Positions 29,125-38,438 of a stretch of DNA of 64,000 nucleotides are shown piece after piece; positions within the stretch are counted from its first letter, which is position 1, and each line of letters begins with the position of its first letter. Source of the stretch: Parcubacteria group bacterium Gr01-1014_8. GTDB taxonomy: Bacteria > Patescibacteriota > Minisyncoccia > Phycocordibacterales > UBA2100. The stretch lies in NCBI GenBank assembly GCA_007376385.1, contig VMGC01000003.1, positions 69,259 through 133,258 of the forward strand, read 5' to 3'. The notes under the pieces are model-generated. The model saw only the letters and a list, made by a program, of their open reading frames with translations. It was not told the origin of the DNA and did not search any database. A program made the position numbers and the translations under genes.

Positions 29125-29744
29125 AACGTTAATCCTAAACGCGTGAGTATGTCCTTGTGAATTGTTTGAATATCAGGTTCACCGTTAACACGATGAATTT
29201 TCCAGCCAAGTTCTTCAAGACGCTTTATAGCAGGCACGACATGCTGTTCATACCACGCAAACCTGCTCGTCATAGCCGCTTCGCTCGCGTCATCGACACG
29301 GCCTCGTGCCGAGAGTCGTGCACGCGCCGCGGCGGGAGAGAGTTCCAGCACAATGGCCTGCAGATTGTCTCCTTCATAAAATCGGACGATCTCATCTACC
29401 AATTCCGACTGTGCAGGCCTGCGGCATACTCCGTCGAGGATCAAATGTTCAGTCCCATGAAATATAGGATTTAAGTGTTCTGCGAGCATGAAAATCGGCA
29501 TAAACGAGGGCAGAAGTCCGCCTGCTTCCACTATTTTTCGCGCCCTTTTTGCAAGTGGCGTGTCTGTCTTGAAGAATTCCCTGAGAAGTCCGCCCATTTC
29601 TGCTCGGTTCACTCCTCTCCCGGAATCTTTACCAGTCAGAAATCGTTCCAATAGATCCGCTTGCGTTCCTTTGCCGGAACCGGAAATACCGAAAAAGACC
29701 ACCGTGACTGGCTTTTCTATTGTTTCTTGTGATTGTGCATTCAT
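29121..29744 (-). CDS. adk: Adenylate kinase
   Basis: P-loop GISGSGKGTQA, LID region; position downstream of secY. Confidence 0.8.
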   Translation of the reverse strand: MNAQSQETIEKPVTVVFFGISGSGKGTQADLLERFLTGKDSGRGVNRAEMGGLLREFFKTDTPLAKRARKIVEAGGLLPSFMPIFMLAEHLNPIFHGTEHLILDGVCRRPAQSELVDEIVRFYEGDNLQAIVLELSPAAARARLSARGRVDDASEAAMTSRFAWYEQHVVPAIKRLEELGWKIHRVNGEPDIQTIHKDILTRLGLTL

Positions 29745-30328
29745 ACGACGCCGAGATTGTACCCTTCTTTTTTAAGAATTGCCATTGTTTCATTCACCGA
29801 ATCGAGCAATTTTCCGGTCGCATTTATCACACGATAGTCATACAGCGGCGCATGATCCGTTATTTCCTCCCCTGCTATCCTCATTCTCTCTCCGAGTTCT
29901 TCAGGAGTCATTGAGGGATTGCGGCTGCGAATGCGTTCGAACAATTCTTCGTGTGATAGCGGAAGAATAAATATTGTCGTTGCGTTGTATTTTTCTTTCA
30001 AGAATTTCGCACCAATGATATCGAGATGCGCGAGAACTATGTGCCCCTTTTGCAACCGAGCCTCGAGGTCTGGCTTGTATACGCCATAGTGAGTACCCAG
30101 TTTCTCGATGTATCTATGCTCAAGAATATTTCCTTTCGCAAGTTCAAGTTGGAATTTTCGCTCTGAAAAAAAGTAGTAATCAACGCCATCAACTTCACCT
30201 GGCCGCGGCAAACGCGTGGTCGCAGTTACTAGCAGCGTGCAATTGGGACATTGCCGCATGATCTCCTGAATTATTGTGTTCTTTCCGCCACCGGAGGGCC
30301 CGGCTATGACGACGATCTGCTTTTCCAT
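29741..30328 (-). CDS. gmk: Guanylate kinase
   Basis: P-loop IAGPSGGGKNT plus TATTRLPRPGEVDGVDYYFFS GMP-binding signature. Confidence 0.75.
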   Translation of the reverse strand: MEKQIVVIAGPSGGGKNTIIQEIMRQCPNCTLLVTATTRLPRPGEVDGVDYYFFSERKFQLELAKGNILEHRYIEKLGTHYGVYKPDLEARLQKGHIVLAHLDIIGAKFLKEKYNATTIFILPLSHEELFERIRSRNPSMTPEELGERMRIAGEEITDHAPLYDYRVINATGKLLDSVNETMAILKKEGYNLGVV

Positions 30329-30363
30329 GCGACATCATAGCACATGGCATAGGGTAAACACGC

Positions 30364-31638
30364 TTAGTATTCTCGTATTGATGTCTGCGCGTCTATTTTT
30401 TTTACGAGATCGAGAACAACAGAAACAACGATGAGAAGCGCAGTTCCACCAATAGTGACCGCCGTAAGCCCCGTTGCTCCTTGAAGCGCGATGGGAAGAA
30501 CAGCTATGGCGCCCAGGAACAGCGCGCCCACAAGCGTAATTCGCGTGATGATGTTGCCGAGATAGTCGGCCGTCATCAAGCCCGGCCGAACGCCGGGAAT
30601 GAATGCCCCATTCTTTTGCAAGTTCTTTGCGATTTGATGCGGCTCAAACGTAATAGCAGTGTAGAAGTACGTAAAGAGAAAGACGAGAAGGAAGTACAAA
30701 ATGCCATACACCCATTGATTATTAAGGAACGTGACTGTCGCGGTAGCGCCATTCGCCAGCCATGGTAATGGAGAACGAGTGAGGAATGTAGCGATCATTT
30801 GCGGAAAAAGGATCAATGAGAGGGCAAAAATTATCGGAATAACGCCGGCTTGATTCACGCGAAGCGGGAGATACGTTGAGATGCCACCGAGAACTTTCGT
30901 CCCTCGTACCCGTCTGGCGTAGGTAACAGGAACTGGCCGCTCCGCTTCCGTAATGAACACAACGCCTGCCGTGATAGCGACCGCAGCCGCAGCGAATGCA
31001 ATGTATGCAGGAAGTTGAGAGATGTCGAATGAAAATATAGCTTGCGCAAGTGCCGCTGGAATTCCTGAAACGATGCCGGCAAAGATGAGCAAAGAAACTC
31101 CGTTCCCGACACCATATTCGGTGATAAGTTCGCCAAGCCACATTAAAAGCAGCGAACCTGCCGCAACAACGAACACATTCGTCACCGTTCCCAACATATC
31201 GAGCTTCGGCACTATGCCGTTTTGCTCAAGAAGCAGAAGAAAGGCAAACGCCTGAAAAAATGCCATCGGCACGCAGAGATACCGAGAATATTGCATGAAT
31301 CGCTGACGCCCTGCATCGCCTTCCTCTTGATAGAGCGCTTTCAATTTTGGCGAGAGGATGGTCATCAGCTGCATGATGATGGACGCAGTAATATACGGAC
31401 CTACCCCGAGCATCACGATTGAGAGGTTTGAAAATCCTCCTCCAGAAAAGATATTCAAGAGGCCGAAAAACTGGTTATTGCTTAAGAAGGCTTCGAGTGC
31501 GCTCACATTGATGCCGGGGGTCGGGATAGCAGCGAGAAGTCGGAATACCATAAGTGCACCAAGAACAAATAAAACTCTCTTCCGCAGCGTCTCGTCTTCT
31601 ATGACGAGCCAAACTTTCCTCATGAATGTATCGAACAT
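30364..31638 (-). CDS. secY: Preprotein translocase subunit SecY
   Basis: 10-TM architecture, conserved SecY N-terminus and plug region. Confidence 0.95.
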   Translation of the reverse strand: MFDTFMRKVWLVIEDETLRKRVLFVLGALMVFRLLAAIPTPGINVSALEAFLSNNQFFGLLNIFSGGGFSNLSIVMLGVGPYITASIIMQLMTILSPKLKALYQEEGDAGRQRFMQYSRYLCVPMAFFQAFAFLLLLEQNGIVPKLDMLGTVTNVFVVAAGSLLLMWLGELITEYGVGNGVSLLIFAGIVSGIPAALAQAIFSFDISQLPAYIAFAAAAVAITAGVVFITEAERPVPVTYARRVRGTKVLGGISTYLPLRVNQAGVIPIIFALSLILFPQMIATFLTRSPLPWLANGATATVTFLNNQWVYGILYFLLVFLFTYFYTAITFEPHQIAKNLQKNGAFIPGVRPGLMTADYLGNIITRITLVGALFLGAIAVLPIALQGATGLTAVTIGGTALLIVVSVVLDLVKKIDAQTSIREY

Positions 31639-31645
31639 ACGTATC

Positions 31646-32101
31646 TTAGGCGACTGTACCGCCGGCTTTTTCTATCGCAACCTTCGCGCTAGCGGTGACC
31701 GCGCAATCTTTGAAACTTAGTTTTTTTGAGAGCGTGCCGCCCCCAACGATCTTCACAAATGGAAATTTCACACTCCTTTCGCTCAAAAGGTCATGTGTTT
31801 TCAGCGTCTTTGGAGTTACCTCGGCGCCCGCATCAAAAGCGCGCTCAAGCTGTTCAAGGGATATTATCACCGCGCGTTGCCTATCGCTTACAACTGTGCG
31901 CCCGCGGTTCTTGCCGTACCCTCGGCGCTTAGGGAGTTTCTTTATGATATCGCGCCATTCTGGCCTCTTCTTGCGGCCTGAGCGTGCATTTTGGCCTTTG
32001 GTGCCGCGCCCAGATGTCTTGCCGCGGCCGCTTGATTGCCCGCGACCAACGCGCTGCTTTGGCCTATCTGATGTTCTTTTCAATGAATGAAGTCCGGTCA
32101 T
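31646..32101 (-). CDS. rplO: 50S ribosomal protein L15
   Basis: RVGRGQSSGRGKTSGRGTKGQ. Confidence 0.95.
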   Translation of the reverse strand: MTGLHSLKRTSDRPKQRVGRGQSSGRGKTSGRGTKGQNARSGRKKRPEWRDIIKKLPKRRGYGKNRGRTVVSDRQRAVIISLEQLERAFDAGAEVTPKTLKTHDLLSERSVKFPFVKIVGGGTLSKKLSFKDCAVTASAKVAIEKAGGTVA

Positions 32102-32102
32102 A

Positions 32103-32750
32103 TTATTTTTCTCCTACATCTTTTTGTACGCCGCTTTTTGCGATTTTCTCGAGCGCTTTCATGGCCGCTCGCGCATTGTTTATTGGATTGTGGCTTCTGG
32201 AGAGAATTTTTGCCGTCACATCTGATACGCCGCCGAGATCAAGTACAGTTCTGACGGATGAACCAGCAACAAGTCCGCGACCGGGACTTGGCCGTATCTC
32301 AATGACGGACGCACAATACTTTGCTTCGATGTTGTGCGGAATACTGCGATTCTTGGTCAATCCCAAAGATATCATGCGTCTTTTCGCCGCACGCGTCGCT
32401 TTTTCTATCGCAAGCGCCGTGTCTGCTGCTTTTCCTAATCCTACGCCGACACGTCCTTTTTTGTCCCCAATAACGATACAGACACTGAAATTGAACCGGC
32501 GTCCCCCAGCCATGACTCGTGCCACGCGCCGAATACCGATCAACTTTTGTGCAAATTCGCTTCTGCGCTCACCACCTCGTTGACCTTTGTCACCTCCGCG
32601 GCGCCTATCACCTCCACGACGTCTGTCGCGTCCGCCACGATGACCCCCATCTTTCTGTCCTACCGGCGCACCAACTACGGCCGCTGTGCTTTCGACTACA
32701 ACTTCCGGAGCCGGTACTTCTTTTTCATCTGATTTATGTTCTGTATTCAT
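32103..32750 (-). CDS. rpsE: 30S ribosomal protein S5 (R/G-rich N-terminal extension)
   Basis: GGRRFNFSVCIVIGDKKGRVGVGLGKAADTALAIEKA. Confidence 0.95.
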   Translation of the reverse strand: MNTEHKSDEKEVPAPEVVVESTAAVVGAPVGQKDGGHRGGRDRRRGGDRRRGGDKGQRGGERRSEFAQKLIGIRRVARVMAGGRRFNFSVCIVIGDKKGRVGVGLGKAADTALAIEKATRAAKRRMISLGLTKNRSIPHNIEAKYCASVIEIRPSPGRGLVAGSSVRTVLDLGGVSDVTAKILSRSHNPINNARAAMKALEKIAKSGVQKDVGEK

Positions 32751-32758
32751 ACAAGTAA

Positions 32759-33106
32759 TTAAAATTGCAGACCAGCGGAACGCGCAGCATCTGCGAACGC
32801 CTTGATAGTACCTACAAATTGGAAGCCGCCTCGATCGAACACAACCGCCACAACGCCTTTTTTGGTTGCCTCTTTCGCCAATGTCACCGCAGCAGCTTCT
32901 GCTCTCTCCCGCGGCGTCTTGCCCTTCTCCGAGGCAGAACTTACAGCAGCGAGTGTTACACCCTTCTCATCATCAATTATCTGCGCGATAACGCGCGTAT
33001 TCGATTTGTATATCGACAGACGTGGTCGCGCACTTGAGCCCTGCACTTTAGCGCGCACTCTGCGATGTCGTCTTTCTCGTCGTTGTGGTTTTGTAAGTGT
33101 TTTCAT
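32759..33106 (-). CDS. rplR: 50S ribosomal protein L18
   Basis: RLSIYKSNTRVIAQIIDD. Confidence 0.95.
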   Translation of the reverse strand: MKTLTKPQRRERRHRRVRAKVQGSSARPRLSIYKSNTRVIAQIIDDEKGVTLAAVSSASEKGKTPRERAEAAAVTLAKEATKKGVVAVVFDRGGFQFVGTIKAFADAARSAGLQF

Positions 33107-33111
33107 ACAGT

Positions 33112-33681
33112 TTACGCTGCCGTTGCGCCAGCAGCTTTCTTACCCTGCTTAATGCGGACAACCTCGCCTTCATAACGGATACCCTTTCCTTTATACGGCT
33201 CCGGCTTCTTCAGCGCTCGAACCGATGCTGCGAATTGCCCTACCTGCTCTTTATCTGCTCCCGAAACGGTGATGATGTTCTTCTCGATAGTGACCGCTAT
33301 TCCCTCAGGGATGGAAACGATGACGGGATGCGAATAACCAAGTGCGAGCTTCAACGTCTTGCCTGCAAGTTCTGCTTTGAATCCGATTCCCTCGACTTGC
33401 AATTTTTTAGCAAACGGCGTGTTGACGCCAGCGATCATGTTGCGAATGTGTGCGGCATACGTACCCCAGAGAGCGCGAGCGAGACGCGTGTTCGCAGACG
33501 GCACGACAGATACCTCTCCGTTCGCGACGGTAACCGCAATAGTAGGATGGAGCGCACGCTTTAGCGTGCCCCCCTTCCCTTTTACAATAACCTCGGCATC
33601 CGCAACAGCAACATCAGTGCCTGAAGGAATTGCAATGGCTTTTTTTCCTGTGCGTGACATATAGATATTACCAAATTTCAA
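33112..33681 (-). CDS. rplF: 50S ribosomal protein L6
   Basis: MSRTGKKAIAIPSG, two-domain L6 length. Confidence 0.95.
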   Translation of the reverse strand: MKFGNIYMSRTGKKAIAIPSGTDVAVADAEVIVKGKGGTLKRALHPTIAVTVANGEVSVVPSANTRLARALWGTYAAHIRNMIAGVNTPFAKKLQVEGIGFKAELAGKTLKLALGYSHPVIVSIPEGIAVTIEKNIITVSGADKEQVGQFAASVRALKKPEPYKGKGIRYEGEVVRIKQGKKAAGATAA

Positions 33682-34063
33682 ACAACGCTTCGCCGCCGAT
33701 CTTTTCTTTTCTTGCCTCTTTGTCGGTCATGACGCCGCGCGGAGTCGAAAGTACTAATGAACCGTGGCCATAGCGGACCGAGACTATTTCACGTGCTCCG
33801 CGGTAAAGCCTGCGCCCCGGTTTGGACACGCGCTTCACTCCATGAATGACGTGTTCCCCCGCAGCGTCATATTTCAAAAGAACATCAATGGTCTTTTTTA
33901 TCTTCTTTCCCTTCTTCTCAACCGATGTCACATAGCCCGCATCCTTCAACTTCTCTGCAATAGCCAATTTGAATGTTGAGAACGGAACAGATACAGACGC
34001 TTTTTTTACAGCACCCGCATTCTTAAGCCGCACTATGAGATCACCGATGGGATCATTAACCAT
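33668..34063 (-). CDS. rpsH: 30S ribosomal protein S8
   Basis: MVNDPIGDLIVRLKNAG. Confidence 0.95.
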   Translation of the reverse strand: MVNDPIGDLIVRLKNAGAVKKASVSVPFSTFKLAIAEKLKDAGYVTSVEKKGKKIKKTIDVLLKYDAAGEHVIHGVKRVSKPGRRLYRGAREIVSVRYGHGSLVLSTPRGVMTDKEARKEKIGGEALFEIW

Positions 34064-34215
34064 GTTAGTTTTCGTTAGCGAATGTGAGCTTTTGCGAGCA
34101 TGAGTTTACAAACAACTTACACCCTGTTAGATCCCGCTGTAGGCGGGACGACTCGGAACGAGTCGTATTTAACAGGGTAAGGAACTTGTAATTCGCTTTG
34201 CTCATAACAATTTCC
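34064..34215. repeat. Structured intergenic repeat, copy A (rpsN stop to rpsH start)
   Basis: Shares a 5' module (GGAAATTGTTATGAGCAAAGCGAATTACAAGTTC...), a CCCTGTTAAAT/ATTTAACAGGG long-range inverted repeat enclosing two small GC hairpins, and a 3' module ending ...CTAACATG with copies at 35454 and 41059. Confidence 0.8.
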
Positions 34216-34401
34216 TTACCAGGACGACTTCTTAATGCCCGGAATATTTCCTTGAAGCGCTTCCTCTCGGAAACAAATACGGCACATGTTGAAATCACGC
34301 ATGAATCCGCGCGGGCGGCCGCATTTAAAACATCGGCGCACGGTTCGCGACGAGAATTTAGGCTTTCGTTGTGCCTTTACTACCATTGATCGTTTAGCCA
34401 T
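34216..34401 (-). CDS. rpsN: 30S ribosomal protein S14 type Z (zinc-binding, 61 aa)
   Basis: [23 protein letters not shown]. Confidence 0.9.
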   Translation of the reverse strand: MAKRSMVVKAQRKPKFSSRTVRRCFKCGRPRGFMRDFNMCRICFREEALQGNIPGIKKSSW

Positions 34402-34563
34402 AGAAAATGAAACGCGTACGCAAGGAGTATGATTTGAAGTTCCTGCATCCGAGGCTTACGCACAAGGATTATGGAAACTCCCACATAAGGCCTGTTTCTC
34501 GCAGTCTGCTGCCCTACCAGGGCCGCACTTGCTAAAAAACAAAGCCCCTTACGAGGCCCGGAA

Positions 34564-34593
34564 AATATACGCGAAATGGCCACCAATGTCAAT
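34564..34593 (-). promoter_or_regulatory. Candidate internal sigma-70-type promoter (TTGACA-17-TATATT) inside the r-protein operon, about 160 nt upstream of rpsN
   Basis: Minus-strand TTGACATTGGTGGCCATTTCGCGTATATT within an unusual 206-nt rplE-rpsN spacer. Confidence 0.4.
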
Positions 34594-34607
34594 TCAACCA
34601 AAAACTT

Positions 34608-35144
34608 TTAGTCTCGGAGGGGAAGCCCTAGGTGACGTAGAAAACTTTCAGCCTCTTTTTTGCTTTTTGCCGTCGTTACAATGGTAACGGCAAGACCAAA
34701 AATATCCTTCATGTCCTCGTCAGCAGTTTCAGGAAATACTGTGTGCTCCTTGAGGCCAATGGAGATATTCCCCATCTCATCAATAGCAGCCGGTTTGATT
34801 CCCCTGAAGTCGCGGACACGCGGCAAGACGATATTAACAAGCTTGTCCATGAATGCGTCCCTGCGGCTTCCCCGAAGCGTTACTTGGTACCCCACTGTGT
34901 CGCCTTGGCGCAATTTGAATGTTGCAATCGATTTCTTCGCAGCTCGCGGCGCCGGAGCTTGGCCGGTGAGTCTCGTGAGCCTGTCTACAATGAGCTCTTT
35001 TTTCTTTTTATCGATAGATGCATTGACGCCCGTTGAAACAACGATTTTTACCAGCCGCGGCGCTTGCATCGAAGATGTGTATTTGAAATCTCCTTTCAAG
35101 GCGGCGAACGCTCCCTTTACTTTGTCTACTGTTGTGTGTGTCAT
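34608..35144 (-). CDS. rplE: 50S ribosomal protein L5
   Basis: Conserved L5 core (FKLRQGDTVGYQVTLRG...). Confidence 0.95.
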   Translation of the reverse strand: MTHTTVDKVKGAFAALKGDFKYTSSMQAPRLVKIVVSTGVNASIDKKKKELIVDRLTRLTGQAPAPRAAKKSIATFKLRQGDTVGYQVTLRGSRRDAFMDKLVNIVLPRVRDFRGIKPAAIDEMGNISIGLKEHTVFPETADEDMKDIFGLAVTIVTTAKSKKEAESFLRHLGLPLRD

Positions 35145-35147
35145 ATG

Positions 35148-35453
35148 TTAAAGGGCCGAGCCGCTTTTTACAGTAACGCGTTGTCTTGCGCCGTCTTTGC
35201 GCACTATCTTTATTCGAGTCGGTTTGCCGCTCTTTGGATCAATGAGCATCACATTCGATGCGTGTATGGGGAGAGTCTTGTCGATGATCTGCCCGGAGCG
35301 ATTGTTAGCCGTTGCTCGTCGGTGCTTTTTGACTATATTAACCCCGTCAACTACCACAAGATTCTCGCGAGGAAGTGCACGCACAATAACACCCGAAACT
35401 CCGCGGTTCTTTCCCGCTATAACTATCACCTTATCGCCTTTTTTGAGTTTCAT
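35148..35453 (-). CDS. rplX: 50S ribosomal protein L24
   Basis: MKLKKGDKVIVIAGKNRG (KOW motif). Confidence 0.95.
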   Translation of the reverse strand: MKLKKGDKVIVIAGKNRGVSGVIVRALPRENLVVVDGVNIVKKHRRATANNRSGQIIDKTLPIHASNVMLIDPKSGKPTRIKIVRKDGARQRVTVKSGSAL

Positions 35454-35591
35454 GTTAGTTTTTCTTAGCGAGTGATAGCGAGCTTAGAAACAACTTACAC
35501 CCTGTTAAATACGACCTTTTCAAGGTCGTCCCGCCTCCGGCGGGATTTAACAGGGTTAAGAACTTGTAATTCGCTTTGCTCATAACAATTT
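35454..35591. repeat. Structured intergenic repeat, copy B (rplN stop to rplX start)
   Basis: Same 5' module, CCCTGTTAAAT...ATTTAACAGGG stem with two inner hairpins, and same 3' module ending CTAACATG as copy A. Confidence 0.8.
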
Positions 35592-35972
35592 CTAAACAAC
35601 TTCAGGTGCGAGTGAGCCTATCTTTTGGTATCCGCGCTCGACAACCTCTCGAGGAATCGGCCCGAAGACTCGGTTCGCTTTCGGTTCCTTCTTATCTTTT
35701 CCGGATTTCTCCAGAAGGACAACAGCATTCTCGTCAAAGCGGATGTACGAACCGTCTTTGCGGCGGAACGGCTTGGTCTGTCGAACAACGACGGCACGAT
35801 GAACTTCTTTTTTCTTCACCGCCTTGCGCGGTTGTGCGGTCTGTATGGAAAGAATGACCTCATCGCCGATAGACGCGTAACGTCGTTTACTTCCGCCGGG
35901 AACTTTGAAAATGCGCCCGGTTTGTCCGCCCGAATTATCAGCTATCTTAACTATGGTCTTGTCTTGGATCAT
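35592..35972 (-). CDS. rplN: 50S ribosomal protein L14
   Basis: MIQDKTIVKIADNSGG. Confidence 0.95.
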   Translation of the reverse strand: MIQDKTIVKIADNSGGQTGRIFKVPGGSKRRYASIGDEVILSIQTAQPRKAVKKKEVHRAVVVRQTKPFRRKDGSYIRFDENAVVLLEKSGKDKKEPKANRVFGPIPREVVERGYQKIGSLAPEVV

Positions 35973-35977
35973 ATTGC

Positions 35978-36262
35978 TTATTCCTCGTCTTTGAGGGCGG
36001 CGTGAAGCCGCTCATTAAGTACAAAGTGCTTATGCTTTGAGATGGGCTTCGTCTCTCGTATGGAGACCTTGTCGCCGACCTGGACTGTGTTTCCTGGATT
36101 GTGCACGAGATACTTCTTGCTTCGAAGAATGTATTTTTTGTACGTCGGGTGCTTCACGTATCTCTCGACAGAGACAGTAACCGTGTCTTTCATTGCCGAT
36201 TTAACGACAATTCCGACGAGAACTTTTCCTTTTTGTGTTTGTGGTTCCATAGCGATTTGCAA
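35978..36262 (-). CDS. rpsQ: 30S ribosomal protein S17
   Basis: GIVVKSAMKDTVTVSVERYVKHPTYKKY. Confidence 0.95.
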   Translation of the reverse strand: MQIAMEPQTQKGKVLVGIVVKSAMKDTVTVSVERYVKHPTYKKYILRSKKYLVHNPGNTVQVGDKVSIRETKPISKHKHFVLNERLHAALKDEE

Positions 36263-36264
36263 TA

Positions 36265-36492
36265 CTACGCAGATTTCTTATTCGCCACAAGCTCTCGTGC
36301 ACGTATCTCGGTGAGGAGCCTCGCTATATCCTTGCGCACAGTTCGTCCTTCTTTAACGTTTCGCGAACGGCTCCCGGCCTCACTAAATCTAAAATCGCGA
36401 AGCGCAGCGCGCTTTTCGGCAATCTCCTTTTTCAGGTCATCCATCGAATATTTTTTTAGGTCAGCCATAGAATTATTATCCGCGCGTAACAA
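36265..36492 (-). CDS. rpmC: 50S ribosomal protein L29
   Basis: LKKEIAEKRAALRDFRF; position between rplP and rpsQ. Confidence 0.9.
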   Translation of the reverse strand: MLRADNNSMADLKKYSMDDLKKEIAEKRAALRDFRFSEAGSRSRNVKEGRTVRKDIARLLTEIRARELVANKKSA

Positions 36493-36898
36493 CTTTCGCT
36501 TTTACCGGCAGTTTCGTTCCTGCCTTTCGCAAGGCTTCACGTGCCTGTTGCTCCGGCGCACCATCGACTTCAAAAATAACTCGGCCAGGGCGAACTTCGA
36601 CGACATATCCTTGCACGTCCCCTTTTCCTGAACCCATGCCGACTTCCGCCGCCTTCTGTGTGAACGGCCTGTCAGGAAAAACGCGTGTCCAAACCTTGGC
36701 AGTCTTGCCTGCGGCGCGAGTAAGCGCCCGGCGAGCGGCTTCTAACTGGTTTGACGTGATACGAGCCTGCGTAATTGCTTTCAATCCAAATGAACCGAAC
36801 GCAACAGTAACGCCGCGTGTTTCTGGAGCAAGGAGTCGGTTAGGATTTCTCCTCCCGGTCTGCCATTTTCGAAATTTTGCTTTTTTAGGACTCAACAT
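36476..36898 (-). CDS. rplP: 50S ribosomal protein L16
   Basis: MLSPKKAKFRKWQTGRR. Confidence 0.95.
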   Translation of the reverse strand: MLSPKKAKFRKWQTGRRNPNRLLAPETRGVTVAFGSFGLKAITQARITSNQLEAARRALTRAAGKTAKVWTRVFPDRPFTQKAAEVGMGSGKGDVQGYVVEVRPGRVIFEVDGAPEQQAREALRKAGTKLPVKAKVVTRG

Positions 36899-36903
36899 AT
36901 GGA

Positions 36904-37611
36904 TTATTTACCCGCTGCAGCACGCTGCGACTTGTCATCAGCAAATATTTCTCCGCGGTATATCCATACTTTAACGCCGATGACACCGTACGGAAGATAT
37001 GCCTCCTCGCGTGCAAAATCGATGTCTGCGCGAAGCGTCTGAAGCGGCACGCGTCCTTTCTTTATCTCCTCGGTACGGGACATTTCGGCACCGCCAAGCC
37101 TGCCGGCTATACCGATACGAACCCCCTGTACATCCCGATTCGCCATTACTTTTTCCACTGTCTGCTTCAGCACACGTCGAAACGTCTGACGCTTCTCAAG
37201 GCCTTCCGCAACCATATAGGCAACAACCGGCGCTTGAGATTCAGGGGAACGGACTTCTTCAATGTCGAGTCTCACCGGTCGGGGGGTAGGCTTCTTTGCT
37301 CCGGCAGGCGGAATAACCTTTCGTACCACTGTTTCGATTTCTTTGGTCAATTTCGCGCTCCCCTCGCCACCCCTGCCTATGATGAAACCAGGACGAGATG
37401 TCTTTATGAGAACGCGTATCATCTTTTGATTGCGTTCTATTTCAACCGACGTCACGTAGTGACCTCGAAGTCGTTTCTTCAGGAATCGGCGAATGGCGGA
37501 ATCCACCATGACATGCTCGCGGTACTGTGCAGGAGTTGCAGCAAACCAACGCGACTTCCAATCGCGGATGATGCCAAGTCTATGTGCATATGGATGTACT
37601 GTGTGTGTCAT
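36904..37611 (-). CDS. rpsC: 30S ribosomal protein S3
   Basis: VHPYAHRLGIIRDWKSRWFA; KH domain. Confidence 0.95.
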   Translation of the reverse strand: MTHTVHPYAHRLGIIRDWKSRWFAATPAQYREHVMVDSAIRRFLKKRLRGHYVTSVEIERNQKMIRVLIKTSRPGFIIGRGGEGSAKLTKEIETVVRKVIPPAGAKKPTPRPVRLDIEEVRSPESQAPVVAYMVAEGLEKRQTFRRVLKQTVEKVMANRDVQGVRIGIAGRLGGAEMSRTEEIKKGRVPLQTLRADIDFAREEAYLPYGVIGVKVWIYRGEIFADDKSQRAAAGK

Positions 37612-37614
37612 ATA

Positions 37615-37995
37615 TTATTTGCTCACGGCGACCGCGACTTCTTTTTTCTTCATTTGTTTCGCTGGTTTTGCAACAATTGTCCCAAGCTCGAGAGATATGA
37701 TGCTGCGTGTTCGACGAATCCCTGCCGCGCGTCCTCGCGCCATCGGTTTAAAGCGACGAATCACAAGGCCTTTGTCCACCGATATGGTCTTCACGAAGAG
37801 TGCGCCTGCTGATACGCCCATCCCCCTCGCGTTCGAAACCGCTGAATCAAGTAGCTTCTTGAACGCCGGCGAAGACTTTTTCGGAAGGAACGAGAGCGCT
37901 GTCATAGCGTCGTGCACTGATTTGCCGCGAATAAGGTTCGCAACGAGCCGCGTCTTCTGCGGCGATTGTCGATAATTTGTAAGCGTAGCCTTCAT
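37615..37995 (-). CDS. rplV: 50S ribosomal protein L22
   Basis: SPQKTRLVANLIRGKSVHDAMTALSF. Confidence 0.95.
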   Translation of the reverse strand: MKATLTNYRQSPQKTRLVANLIRGKSVHDAMTALSFLPKKSSPAFKKLLDSAVSNARGMGVSAGALFVKTISVDKGLVIRRFKPMARGRAAGIRRTRSIISLELGTIVAKPAKQMKKKEVAVAVSK

Positions 37996-37998
37996 ATG

Positions 37999-38358
37999 TT
38001 ATTTCTTTGCGGCTTTCGTCGCATCGCCTGACGCTTTTGCAGACGTTGCTGCAGCTATCTCGGCCTCCTTTGCCTTCATTTCTATCTCTTTTTGCATCTT
38101 TCCACCATGGCGGATGAATTTTGTGGTCGGCGCGAATTCGCCCAGTCGGTGTCCAACCATATCTTCCGTTATCAAAACCTCGTCAAAATTCTTACCCGTG
38201 TGAACCAAAAAAGTGTACCCGACGAATTCCGGCGGGATTTGGGAAGCACGTGCCCACGTCTTGATACCGCCAGCTGTCGGCTTACGGTTTGAGACTTTCT
38301 TCATCAATTTTACGTCCACGTAGGGACCTTTTTTAAGTGAGCGAGCCATAATATGCAA
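37999..38358 (-). CDS. rpsS: 30S ribosomal protein S19 (C-terminal extension)
   Basis: [18 protein letters not shown]...HTGKNF. Confidence 0.95.
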   Translation of the reverse strand: MHIMARSLKKGPYVDVKLMKKVSNRKPTAGGIKTWARASQIPPEFVGYTFLVHTGKNFDEVLITEDMVGHRLGEFAPTTKFIRHGGKMQKEIEMKAKEAEIAAATSAKASGDATKAAKK

Positions 38359-38438
38359 TTTAAAACCCGCGTCCGCGGGTAGGTCGTAAATGTATAGGAA
38401 TTACTACCTAGAGTCAAGAAAATTAGCTAATATTATGA

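Noticed and set aside
34065-34601. Track ORFs 34065-34298(-) and 34380-34601(-), and a 41-46-aa micro-ORF 'MSKANYKFLTLLN...' encoded inside repeat copies A and B
   Set aside because: These ORFs lie within the structured repeat/spacer. The micro-ORF's 5' part is absent from copy C and the downstream residues differ in frame content between copies, so RNA-level conservation explains it better than coding.
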